Assembly: GCA_965202585.1 (NCBI GenBank)
Contig: OZ241826.1
Location: 26,412,001-26,476,000 of the forward strand
DNA length: 64,000 bases
DNA from: Thalia democratica
Lineage: Eukaryota
Direction of reading: 5' to 3'
The notes below the pieces were generated by a model that saw only the letters and a list, made by a program, of their open reading frames with translations, was not told where the DNA came from and did not search any database. Shown here one piece after another: positions 44,827 to 58,000 of the stretch (position 1 is its first letter; each line of letters opens with the position of its first letter). Both the position numbers and the translations under genes were made by a program.

Positions 44827-47800
44827 TGCTGTTGTTGTTGATCTTGCGGTAAAGTTCATTGTCTAATTAAAAAAAGAAAACAAGTTATATTTTCTGGTGT
44901 TTTATACGAATAAGCTGCGTAAACCGTGGTTTAAAATATTGTTAACCTCCTTGCTTCAAATAATTTAAACAAAAAAGTTTTTTATATGCTTTAATATCAT
45001 GTTTAATATTGTTTATGAATAATTTAAAGTTAGTGTGGTACGGAGAAAAACAGATTAGATGCACTTGAAAACTAAAGTTGGATAGTTTTACGATTCAAAA
45101 TCAATCTGGAAAAGCTTGAAACTTTAGCACAGCTCTGTTTTTAGTTCCAAATTTAAAACTTTACCTTTAATCAACTTTAATTTTAAAATTTCCGATAATT
45201 TAAGTTTAAAGTTGAAATTAGAGTATACTTACAGTTATGCTAGTTCAACTTAATGATACTCACTTGAACTTTTTTCAACTTTCCCTTGTGTAATTTGTTT
45301 AAACTTTTGTTGCATATATAAATTTTTAACTTAAAAGTTTAATGTTCAGTGGTATAAAGTTCATAAAACTTCAACGTCTACTGTCGATTACTTTAGAATA
45401 TAACTTTTAAGTACGATGATAAAATTATACAAACGCAATACAATTTATTTGATTTACTTATAACTACTAAAATTTAGAACAAGATAAAATGAAATTTGGG
45501 AGTTAAAAACACCAAAATTTCGAATAGTATGTATTGAAGTCAAAAGACAAATATGTATATTGAAGTTAAGAAACAACGTGAAGCTATAAAACATCCACTC
45601 GCTTCTAATGGTATAGTACGAAAAGAAATAACAAACAAAGTTCAAATTGAAAATTAATTTTGAATTTTATATCAATTAGTTTTCTAACTTCTTTAGCAAC
45701 AAAAATGTTCTTTTTATTAAAATATGCATCAACTAGGGGTTTTAAAAGTATTTAATAAAGTGTTTATTTTAAGACTTGTGTAATTTAAGGCAGTTATGTC
45801 GTTTAGTTAGTATGATTGGTTTTTGAAGTATAACGTCGTGTTCTACAAAAAAATATTGACTCTTGCTTTTGAGTCATTTTGATCCGGCCAGAACTTAGTT
45901 AGGATACAAATTATATTTTTGAAAAAAGAAACATAACAGAAAAGACCGTATTCGGTAATTATCTAAGACAGAAACAATTTAATTTTTCAAAAAAAAAAGC
46001 TTATGCTCTTCGAAACATTTTCTCTTAATATCTTTTTAACACTAACATCAATTAACATAAAGTTATAATAAATAGCTATCTAGAATACACGTATGTTTGT
46101 TTAAAACTATCCGTGCTAAGTTAATAAACATTCACTCTTTTTTTTTTTAAATAAGCTTTAACTTTATTTCTATTCTTGCTAGTGCTCGTTGTAAAGATCA
46201 ATGTTTTGTCGTAAAATCAGTGAAAATAACGCAAAAAATTTATAAACCGTAAAAAATAACTAAACATTTTTATCAAAACATCAAGCAGTGTATTGCAGCT
46301 TTCTTTTTATTTTACTATTTCCAAATTGGTTTAATTGAAAAACCGGGTTATCTCAAAACTAGGATTCATTATTTTATTTTCCAAGGATTATTTTAAAGTG
46401 AAAACACGTAAAAGTATTGTTTCTACAAACTTAAAGTAAGAAGCGTTCAAAGGACAAATTATTATATATGGAAAAATATTTTTTTTTGCATAAACAGATT
46501 CAAACTTAGCTAATTTTAAAAGTCGAGTGCTTAAAAACAAAAACTTTTAGACCAAAACGAAAGACATTTTTACAATTAAGAATGTGCAAAGCTATTCTAA
46601 AAATAAAATTGATATTACTTATAATATTTAAACTAATCTTTCATTAATTGTAGTCTAAAATTATTAACTGTAAAATAATCACCTAATATTTTAGTATTTA
46701 CAAATCTTTGTCTTTGGATGATTACTAACATTGATGAAAAAACAAACATCTAAATTACTTGATATACTTAACACAATAATATTCATTAACATAACTAGTT
46801 GACATAATACATTTATTGAAAGTTATGTTTAATTTTTATAGAATATATGTTAAGTGGACTTGTAATTTTATTACTAAATTTATTCAGTCCGACGTCATAA
46901 AAATACTATAATGACGTCATACAAATATTATTACCACCATATAATCTGTTAGCAGATTTTCTTAAATAAAATGTCTTGAAACAGGCTTATAGTATTTTTA
47001 AAATTATATCATTTATAATTCGCTTCACCAAAGGCAAGCACACCTTAACAGGTAGCTTTAATTATTGATAACTTGTATTTAATACTGCCAAAACTTTCTT
47101 AAGCAATTTTAAGAGCAAAATTTTTTAAAATATCGTTGATCAAGCTGCTTAAAATCACTTTTTATAGATAAAACATTTTGATAAACTTTTTCATTAAACT
47201 TATCTATATACCATTGTATAGAGAAGCAAAAAAAACACCATCAACTTAAAACTTTACTTTTTAAATTTCGCGATGGATAATACTGTAACGAATAAAAATA
47301 ATGTTTGTAGACAATAATATGAAACACAGATTAAAACCTTACCTTGCTAAGTTAACTAAACATTTTGAATCATCTAAGTAACAAAATTTATCCTTATGAA
47401 ATTAAATTACCATAAATTACTTATAACCATTTAATCTATCTTAGCTCAAGAACTTTAAACTGTCTGACAAATAAATTTTTTAAGGGCATTTGTTGCTCAA
47501 ATAAATTACTTAGATATACATTTTAGTTAAGTTTTCTTCCTACACTATAAAGTGTAGAAAAAAATTATTCTTGTAATTCTCTTACCTAGCAAAAAAACTT
47601 ACAAGTAGATGCATAAACATAAGCATACACATAAAACTGCTTTAAAATAAGTGTGAAAATTTAACATGAAACACAATAAAATCTAACTATTCTTCATAGG
47701 TATTATTTTTAAAAAGTGTATAAGTTGATAATATCAAAAACATGTAATTTTGATTTTATCTCTATCTATTACTATTCATTTTTAACTTTTATCCAAAAAA

Positions 47801-48347
47801 AAGTCTAAATCAACTTAGCTTTTGTAAATAGAATAATAATTAAAGTACCAAATATATTTTTTGTACTTTAAACTAAAAACACCTCAATCAAATAACCATG
47901 TTTTATAATCAGTGGTAAAAACATTAATTTTTCTAAGACAAATAAAACGATGTTAAAAACGTACATAAACAATTCTAACCTATAAATATTAGCCTATTAA
48001 AGTTTCTAAAATCATTATATAACTGAATCAACGTGTAAATAAAAATACAAGATTGTCTTCCACAAAATATCAAATAAGTAATTTGAGATAAAATATTCAT
48101 CAAAACATTTTGTTTTTTTTTTATGTGAAAACATTATTTTAAACAACATTTACTATAGTAAGTAATATAAAGCTTTAAAAATGTTAATAGTAAAACTGTG
48201 ATAGCTTAAACATATAAAACTGTTTATAGCAATTAAAACTAAATATTCTTTAAACTACTTGCAATAAAAAACTAAACTATAATAGTATATACTTCAAATT
48301 TATTTTCTAACATCAAAAAAAAGACAAATCTACTGTTTTCTTAGTTT

Positions 48348-51300
48348 TTACTTTCCGAGCTCTCCCACCCTCTTATAATGCTTTTGCTTCTTGGTCATGC
48401 CAAACTGCAGTTTCTGCTGTTTCCTCCTTCTACTCTGACCAACGTCCACCTTCACTACATCCGGGTGCATTGGACTGATGAACTTGCCTGTAAAAAGTTT
48501 GTTAATCTAATTTCCTTTGTCAGGGTCGTAGGTTCAGCAAGCCTTCGTTTGCTTGTTTGTTGATAATCATTAATTTTTATTTTGACAAGAGTAATTTTCG
48601 TTATCTAAAACTAACTTTAATGTGTTTAAATTGTAAACAGAAAAAAAAAATGTTTGGAACCGGCCGTAATCTACTAGTTGACACTGTATCGCAACGAATG
48701 TGCTCGACACTAGATATTTTTTCAACCTTTTTAGATTATTTACTAAACACAAATACAACGTGCATACCTGAAACAGTCTCGATCTTGGGCCGGTTGATCT
48801 TCTTGAGCGAGAGAGCCGTGTTGTACTGCCTCGCCACTGGGTAGTCCAGTGACCTCTCGAAAGCGGGGACGTCCCTGTGGTACTCCCACGGTATCTGCTG
48901 CACCTGTTTGCGCGTTGGTTTGTTTACGTTTGTTTGTTATGATGGCAAAAAGGAGCTTTTAGAACTAGCTTATAATTAAATATATAATAGTTTTAATAAT
49001 AAAATAATAATAAGCATAAAACAAAATTAATAAAAAAAAAGCTTTGATGCGCACATTGTAGCTATTTCAGCAACTTCTAAATGAGAAACAAATAATTTTA
49101 CCCCAGCCATATACATCAAGAACTCAATAAAAACCTGCATCTTGGTCAAACCGAGATCTCTGTGTTTGGTCGGGATCCACGCGAAGCTCTTCCTCTCTTT
49201 CTCCACATCCCTCATCTTCCTCTTCTACAACATAAAACAACATTTGAAAAACTTAATTTTAAACAAAAACTATTTATTCGATTGTTTTTTCGTTCTGTAA
49301 TTCATGCAATGCGAACTTTACTCTTTTTAACTTGAATACTTTATTTGACAAAGGTGTCAAAAATAAATATAAAGTTCTCAAAACAATTGCCGTGATAATA
49401 AAAATCTTACAACATATCAAGAAAAATATAAAAAAATAATCATATTCTAATCAATCTGCAACCAAACAACCTTGGCCTTCTTCTTCTTCTGGGTGATCCC
49501 TTCCCCCGCCCACCCGGTACCGAACCCCGGCATGTCCAGCTCCATCATCTCCTTCTCCCTCTTCCGCTCCTCCTCCTTCTCGTGCTCCCCCCACACGTCG
49601 TCCTCCTCGAACGCCTCCTCGATCAACCCCGCGTTCTTGTCTGTGGAAAAAAATTGAACATCATGTATGGGTTTTACCAAAAAATATGGTAAATTGGGGG
49701 CAAGTGAAAAATCAAGGAAAGATTTCTAGAAAAAGTCATTCTAAATTGAAGTTAAACAATTTTTTGAAACATTTTTAAAATTTCATCGTATTTAAACGTT
49801 GTAAAGTTTATAATTTAACTTCAAAAAGACAGATAAGATATTTAATATAAAAAGCACTCACCCGGAACGAAATCGTTCATGAGGTCGTCCACGTCTTCCT
49901 CAACCTCCTTCCCTCCTCCCACGACGATCAGCTCCTCTTCACCGTCGCGCAACTTCACCGGCTTCAACACTTCCTCCTGCTGAATCACTTGTTACAAAAA
50001 ACAAACAAGTCGCTGAATTGAAACTATCACGTTTGAGAATCATGAATACGTTTGTTGTTATGTGTTTTGATTTTAAGAAAACAAACAAAGATGTCTCAAC
50101 TTTTAGAGAAGAAATTATACATTTATTAGTTTGAACAACAAAGTTTATTTTTTTTAAGATTTAATTTATACAAATTAATATTTCCTTATCGTCATCATAA
50201 CAAACCTTCCTTTCCACAGCCACCATCTTCGTTTCCCCCTCTCCGTCCAAACCGGCCTCCTCCGTCTCAACTTGCACCATCACCGTGTTTTCTTCCTTCT
50301 CTTCGGCTTCCTGCTTCTCCCTGGCCGCCTTCACCACCTCCTCTGCTGCTTGCAAGGATTTCAGTGATTCCAACGCGCTGGTGAACTTTTGCTCGTTCCT
50401 TAACGCTTCGCTGTCCTGAGCATGATTGTCTGCTTCTTCTTGACCTTTTTGGTTTTAATGAAAGTTTTAAATTTCATTCGAGTATTTTATTATTTACAGA
50501 TTATAAAAACTTGGACATAGCCTTTAAATTTAACTTTAATCTGTTAAAAATTAGAATTTTCAGATGTAAAATAACTGATTCTAAAAAAACTAAAATTGGC
50601 TGTAAAGTTTTAGTTTCAAAGTTAAATTGCAAATAATTTTTTAAACTTTCTAATTAATTGTTCTTATTAAACAAACAAGAACAAATACAAACCTTCAGCC
50701 TCTTCACTGTCATCTTGTTCAGCTGCCAGCCACTTGTTATCAGACTTCAGCGGTTTCACAACCTCTTGCTGAACATTGTCATTTTCTCCTTCATCGTCGT
50801 CGTCTTCCTCCGATTCACTGCTGTCACTCTCAACCTGATAAATTTTTTTAAGTAAACTTTCTAACTCCATTGAATAAAGAACCTTTACGTTATTTTTTAA
50901 ACTTCAACAAACACTTCATAAACATTTTGAACGAGCCATCAAATCAATTGATGCGATAAACACCAAACAAACCAAACACATTTTATACTTATCATTTTAT
51001 TTAAGAAATTATAAATACATTTATTATTGTAACACACCTTTCTCTTCTTCATAAGTTCCTTGTGCCGGTCGGCTTCGGCGTTCATCTTTTCCCTGACGTC
51101 TTCATTGTATTTGGCAATCTTCGCCTTAAATTTTGAATTTTGTTACAAAACTTATGCATAAACCATTTTAAATTTTGAAGTAATTATTTAGTTTGTTACT
51201 TAACTTCTATTTAGAATAAAGTTTCTAACCACTAACATCGTTGTATTTATTTAAAATTACATTGCAAAATTCACCTTGTTCTTCTGCATTATCCCGTCAT

Positions 51301-54300
51301 GATAAAATTGCTAATGACTAACATAAGAATATGAATAACTTAATTACACCTAAATAGATTACAACCCAACCTTGTTCTTGTGCCATTTTCCCTGCCCCCG
51401 GTGAGCCAACGTAGCCCTCTCCTTGGCTCTCGCTCTCATGTGTTCCTCTTCCTCGTCTTCCTGATCTTCCTCGTCGCTCCCTTGCAGCTCCTTCAACTTC
51501 TGCTGCTCCTGTTGATTTTTTTTCTAAATGTTGGATCTTTATAATTTACTATAATTTTTTAAATTACCATTAAAAATATTAAATCAGTAGTAATTACTTT
51601 AAATAAATTGTATTTTTAAAACTATGTTTGCTCAGATATTTTTAATAAAACAATGGTTTTTTGTTCATAAAAATTTCACTCAGTCATTTAAAACTTAATA
51701 ACAGAACAAACAACTTTATCTTTCAAAATTTCTTTATAAAAAATACTTTTCGACCATTAAACAACAAAATGACCTTTATATTGTTCCAATAAATAATTAT
51801 AAAAAAGTGAAACTGATTTATGAAATTATATATTCGAACCTTCTCTTTCTTCTTTCTCTGCACCCTCCTGAAGTTCTTGCTTTTGATCTTCTTGGTCCTC
51901 TTGTACATCTGCTGCATCCTTCCCATGAAGACCCTGTTCTTCTGCAGCTGCTTCAGCCTCTCCCTCGCTTCCTGCTCGGACATCCTCTCTAGCGCCTCCT
52001 TGTCCCTTAGTGTCAGTCCCCGCCACCTTGTGAAACAATTTGTTTAAAGTTGTCCGGTTTAAATTGATAAAAAACATAAGATCGGTAAACATTGTATTAC
52101 ATAAAAAACCACTAAAAAAGGAACTTAAAATAAATCAAGAATTTAAATAGTCATGCACCCTACTACTCATAACACACATGTATATTTATTACAAATGCGC
52201 TACGTATACATACCTGCCGTGGTCGATTTCCTTATCTTTCGGACCGTACGTTGCCATCAGTTGGGCTTCCAAATCGCAAACCGGCTTCCTGGCTGTTGTG
52301 ACTGCGTGTATTGGAGTAAAAGTTATTAGACAACCGAGAAATAAATGCGCACAGTATAAGCTTTTGAGTAGTTGTAATTATAGTTTTTTTTTTGAAATTC
52401 CGACAATTTAAGTTACTTACTAATAATATAGGTTCACATGATAAAGATATACTCAAATTAAAAAGTTTAAAGTAAAGTGCTATAGTTCATTTTTAAGCAT
52501 ATTGAACGACCTAATCTCAAAAAATCATTAAAAATAGCTTACTATAATGCCTGCAAAGTTATTTGTAGTAATAAACTGTTTAAATTACAAAAATCAGCGT
52601 AAATTCTAGTTCCATAAACTTATAATACCTTAAAAAGAATATTCAAAATAAAAAATCCATACAACTAAAACCCCACCTCTCGAGTTTGCCCCCATCTTTC
52701 CCAGGTAGTTGCTCCTCAGCGGCTTCTGTTTTGGCGGGAACATTATGTGGTCTTCCCGCCACATCAGCTGGGCGTGATCGTCCCACTTGGAAGCTTCCTT
52801 GTTGTTTTTGATGGCGAGCGCCTTCATCTGCATGCGCTTCGACTCCGGCTTGCTCGGTTCGGCCTGCAACGTTTTCTTGTTCTTTTCAAGCATCTCCATC
52901 TTTCTCTTCATTTGGTCGCCTGAAAATAAGAAAGTTAATTCTAAACTCAAGGTTTTTTATTTGTTAAAGGATGAAAAATTATATTCATCAAATTTTAAAA
53001 AGTAAATAGTAACTGAATTTCTTTAATATATTCGACTAAAACACTTAACACTGTTTTTGTTATTCATATAAGAGAATAACTTTTTAACTGAAACTTCTTT
53101 AACTTAATTACTTTACAACTTTAAATGATTAAACTTTTGTAATTAATAGTGTTCTTAGATTAGGTTTTGTGTTTAGTCTAATTTACACTTATTTATCATT
53201 TACAGTCAAAAACTTGCTATATAAAAAAGCAATAAGATTAATTAAACAAACTAATCGAATTATTTTCTAAAATAGAAGAAAACATAGCTTAGTTAAAGTT
53301 TAGTTCTGAAAAGTTAGTATCGTTTAACAAACTATAAAATAATATTTGTTTTAACGTTCTTGAACTATGATAAACAAGTTTAAGGGCATAGGGTAGTGTC
53401 TGACGATTATTTTTACTAAAAATAACATTAAATCTTATATGAAAGCCACATATGAAAGTACGTACTACAAGCCAGTTTTTATAGAATTAAAAAATCATAT
53501 TTAACTTTTGATATATTGTAATCTTTGTATAAAGCTTCTGATAATATGTTTAGACCGCAATTTTTTGTATTCAATATTCTCAGAAATTTGAAAAACCACT
53601 AAAAATCTATCTTCTTCTTTATTTTTTGAGCTAGAGACATCAGACTTTCAGGAAACGATCATTTTATAGTTTAAAAGGCTTTAAATGTTGCAACTTTCAA
53701 AATATGAAAAAATATAATTTTTAGAATAAAAAAAAAAATAAAAAAGTTTTTTTTTTTATGAAAATTTTATTTTTCAAAAAGCGGTTTTAGTTTGTGCTTT
53801 CCATCAGAAACTTATTAACATCACCGACTTTGATTGCTTTTATATCAAAAATTACTTTGAGTTTATTAAAGCGATTAAAAATGACTGATAGCGCAGATAA
53901 AACTGTATAAAATAAAATCAACTTGTAAAAATCAAGGTGATCACCCCCTATGCCCTTAAATCTTAAGCACATAGTTTCAAAACATTCTATTTAAAATGTT
54001 TAATTAATTTAAATTTATAAAATAGTATTTTATTTTTTCAATAAAGCAAGACTAAATTAAAGGAAACCAGAAAAACTCATTTGGTGATAACATTAAATTA
54101 TTGAAAAAAATACCAAAATTTGGAATGAAGTAAGAACCAAGCTTCAAAAAACCTATACACAAAATTGAATTAAGGACATAGGGGGTTATTCACTATTTTC
54201 ACAATTTAGTCTTATTTTAAAGAGTTTTAAATAAGCTACAAAATGCTTTTTACAGATTTTTAAAGTTTAAAATAGTATTTGAGACATAGCAGGCCAAAGT

Positions 54301-55091
54301 CAGGGGCAACATTAGGTTCCTTATGGGGGGTGCAAACTATAACCGCAAAAACAGTTTTGTTTTTTATCATAAAATTTTTATTTTTTTAATTTCTTCAAAT
54401 TTTCTTTTGACAAAATTTTCTAAATATTGCAAGAACCATTTCCTAAAAATTTGAGGTAGTTATCTTAAAAAACGTAGAAGATGAATTTTTAGTGATTTCT
54501 AGTTATTTGTTGTTTTAGTTTGCGCCCCCCATAAGTAACCAATTGTTGCTTCTGACTTTGACCTGCTGTATCTCAAAGATTTTTCTGAGTTTTAAAAACA
54601 TGTAAAAAGCAACTTGAAGCTTAGTTAAAACTCAATAAAATAAGACTAAATTGTGAAAAGGTGATTTATCACCCTATGCCCTTAAATATGAAAGAATTTT
54701 GCTTATTTATGTAAATTAATGAAAACATGATAAGGATCTAAATATCTTAAAATTTATGAAAACATAAAAGTTAAATGTACATTTTAAATGTAATAAATTC
54801 TGAAATTCTATAATATTAGTAAAAAAGTTATGAAGACTACTACAACAAAAAAAGTAAGCAATGAAACAAATAAAAGTTTATATTGACAACAACATTTTAT
54901 AAATTATCTGTTTGCATATATTTATGCAATCTATAATAACGAAAACTATTAGTATATAAACAATTAAATCGCCTACCTTTAACATTTCCCTCTTCAAATA
55001 TGTCACCAAAAGCAGTGTCACTTTCATTTAACACCGGACCGTCAACCAAAGTCCTGCGTCTTTTGTTAGTGGCTTGCTTCTCTTCCTCCTC
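48348..55091 (-). CDS. UTP14: UTP14 copy B (intact frame; the 5'-most exon and most of the second are probably copy-A sequence mis-joined)
   Basis: Exons 55091-54977, 52919-52677, 52301-52214, 52026-51840, 51508-51371, 51124-51038, 50834-50693, 50444-50206, 49976-49862, 49640-49471, 49224-49135, 48903-48768, 48487-48348 (TAA). Same exon lengths and phases as copy A; no stops or frameshifts found. Confidence 0.9.
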
Positions 55092-58000
55092 CTTTACAAT
55101 TTAAAGAGTTTATTTTTTTTTTACCTTAGGGGCAAAGAATTACAAATTGTTATTTTGGTCAAAAATGGACTAACTTTTACATATTCTTATTCAGAATAAA
55201 TGTTCATACAACTAAAACTAATAACACACTTTCTAATTGGCTACAAGCTTGTGAATAACTTAGAATCATAATCTATTCAAAGAATTTTAAACTGAAAGAT
55301 TTCAGCCCTTTTCAAAAATAAACTTTGACTTGTGATAGAATAAAATAATTAATAAAAATCACTTACAAAAATTATTGTATGATCTTGGGTTCCTCACTCC
55401 TATATCTTAACTCGGTTTCAGAAGGAATTGCATTTTCAAAACTAGATGTTTTCTTCAGATCAGCCTTCTCATAATACCATATAGGCTTGCTCAGTTCATA
55501 TAAGGTTTTTTGGTGATGAGATTTAGTTGATTTTAATATATTTTCTGTTAGAAGTTTAACAATATTGTTAATACTAAGCTTTTACTTGTGTTGGGTACCT
55601 TGATGAAATTTTTCTGTTTACTTAAATTAATTTGTACTTTAAGATATTCATATAAATAGTTGTATGGTTTGCATGCTTCAAAGACTTAATTTAGTAAAGA
55701 TTAATTTAAGTAGTTATAAGCACTAAAGTTCATATATATGAAACATTTTAAATACAGTTCACAAGTAGTTAATGTTCATAACTTTCCAAAACTAGACTAA
55801 GTTCTAAGATACAATTTAGTCTAGCAACATAAGAAGTTTTTACAGCAGTATTATATCAATACTTATTTAGTTAATTAAAACAAATAAAGACTTTAGAAAA
55901 ATTTAAACTTATCATTTTTGTGGCTTAAAACTGAACTTGAAATATCATAATGTAATGATGGTTTTGTTTGATATAAAATATGTTTCACTCAAATATAAGT
56001 AGTTATTTTTCACAGTCATACAAAAATATTTTGTTAATTGTGTCTTTATTTAGCATTCACTCACTATGAACAATATGGCTTTTTGTTTTCTACCTGCTTT
56101 AAAAAGTTGTTACATCAATGACTACAAAAACTCAGTAGTTTTGGCAAACATGGCAAAACGATTCGAACTAAATTATTACTGAAATGAGTTTGAAAAAGTT
56201 AAATGTAACCTGATGAAATTAAAGGCTTTAAGCTAAATATATTAAATCTTATACAAATTGTTAGGTGTTAAACATCTTAAAAACAAATAAAAAACAATTT
56301 CGTAAAGTTTAGAGTTAAATACTTAATTCATATACTTAAATAAAGTTGTCAATGTAATTTATATGAGCATAATGAATTACTGTAGCTTAAATATTAAACA
56401 ATACGTTTAACCAACTATCACTAATGCAGTAAAAAAGGTAGAAATAAAGTTATGTAAAGTACTTTATGTTCAAAAAAGCTAAAAACCACCCTGCTATGCT
56501 AACATAGTGTTTCAACTTGTAGTTTTTGATAAATTCTGTAAATTCTTACATTTTATTGTGACATCACACTAAAATAGTATTTTAGAAAATAATTTTTTTC
56601 AATGAAAATTCTTTTGAGAAAAGCACTTGTAGTAGTAAGAGCTCTGGATGCTGTAGGTGTAAATTTTTACTTTTTTTTCTTTTTTTATGCTGTTTATGTG
56701 AGCTTTGTGGAATACTTAAGCAAACTCTATTTGATTATCAATACTGTTGAAGATAAAACTTGATAATTGTTGCTCATTTTATCTTCTATAATTCTTATTT
56801 TTCTTCACTGAGTGAGTGTAAGTTTAAGACCTAGTTTGGGAATCAACAGTCTTGAAAGTTTATGTTGATAATCTGTATTGTTTTTCTTATGCAAAACCTT
56901 TGAAATGACTCTTTACTTTATCTTCTAATTCATCATATAAAGCACTTTTATATTTACAAGCATGACATGTTAAGAATGCACTTACATCATGCTAAAAAAG
57001 ATCATCAAGAGGCTTTGAAATTTTGCATCTCAGTTTTTTTAATCTTTGAAACACCATTGTAAAGTGAACTGGGTAGAAAAAAGCTCAAAAAAATCTTTTT
57101 GAAAGTCTTTTGAACCTCAGTAAAGTTTTAAAACTTCTGAGCTTGTTTCAAATCCTTTGTCTTTATACGTTGTTACTGTGACTTTTTCCTACATGCAGAG
57201 TTCAGATCACACTTCTTTGGATTCTGATTGGATGATGAGTACCTACTACAGCAGCTGTTGAGGTTAGTTTGTTTAATAGTTAATTAGATTGTTTTAATTT
57301 GTGCAAAACTTAGTATTTTTTGCTATTTCAAGCAGCCAGACTAGTTGAGTCTCTAACAAAATTAAATATTATAGGATATTATAATAAATCTTAAAAAATT
57401 ATATTTTCTACTTGTTAATTGGTGAGTCCTTTTGTCACTTAAAAATTTTTTGAGTGCTCATCCTTGAGTAACATTAAGCTTTAGATGTTATTTAAGTTTT
57501 GCACAAATTCAGACTAGCACTTTCTATTCATGGAGTTGTAAACTTGGCTTATACCATAAACATATATTTGTCGTGTTGGGCTTCATTCTCCTAAAATTGC
57601 TAGGTTACCTTAAAAGAAAACTTAAATAAGGGAATAAATAAAATCATTAAAAAGTAGCAGCACTTGTGTTAAATTTTACAAGCTTGTATAAAGAAGTGTT
57701 GCATTCATGAATGAAGCCCAAAGAGACAGCAAGCTAAGTGTAGAAGTTTATTTACAGCATAAAATTTAAATTCTGGTTGTATTAATGTAGTTTATGTGTT
57801 CATAGATTAATAATTTGTAATAAAAAGTACTTTTCAAAGTGTGCATGAAACATGTTAGGCAAGAGTAATTATAAAACAAATTGTTATTATTAATAAAATT
57901 TTTTACGAAAGAAAACAGTTGAACCATATGAGGATTAAGTTTGCTAGTAAAAAAAGTTCCAAAATTTTAAGCTTACATTCATATATTTACAAAGCAGTTC

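Larger units (their letters stand above)
40330..52717. repeat. Old segmental duplication, unit 2
   Basis: See unit 1; rearranged by a local re-duplication and with unique sequence at about 44620-47250. Confidence 0.88.
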
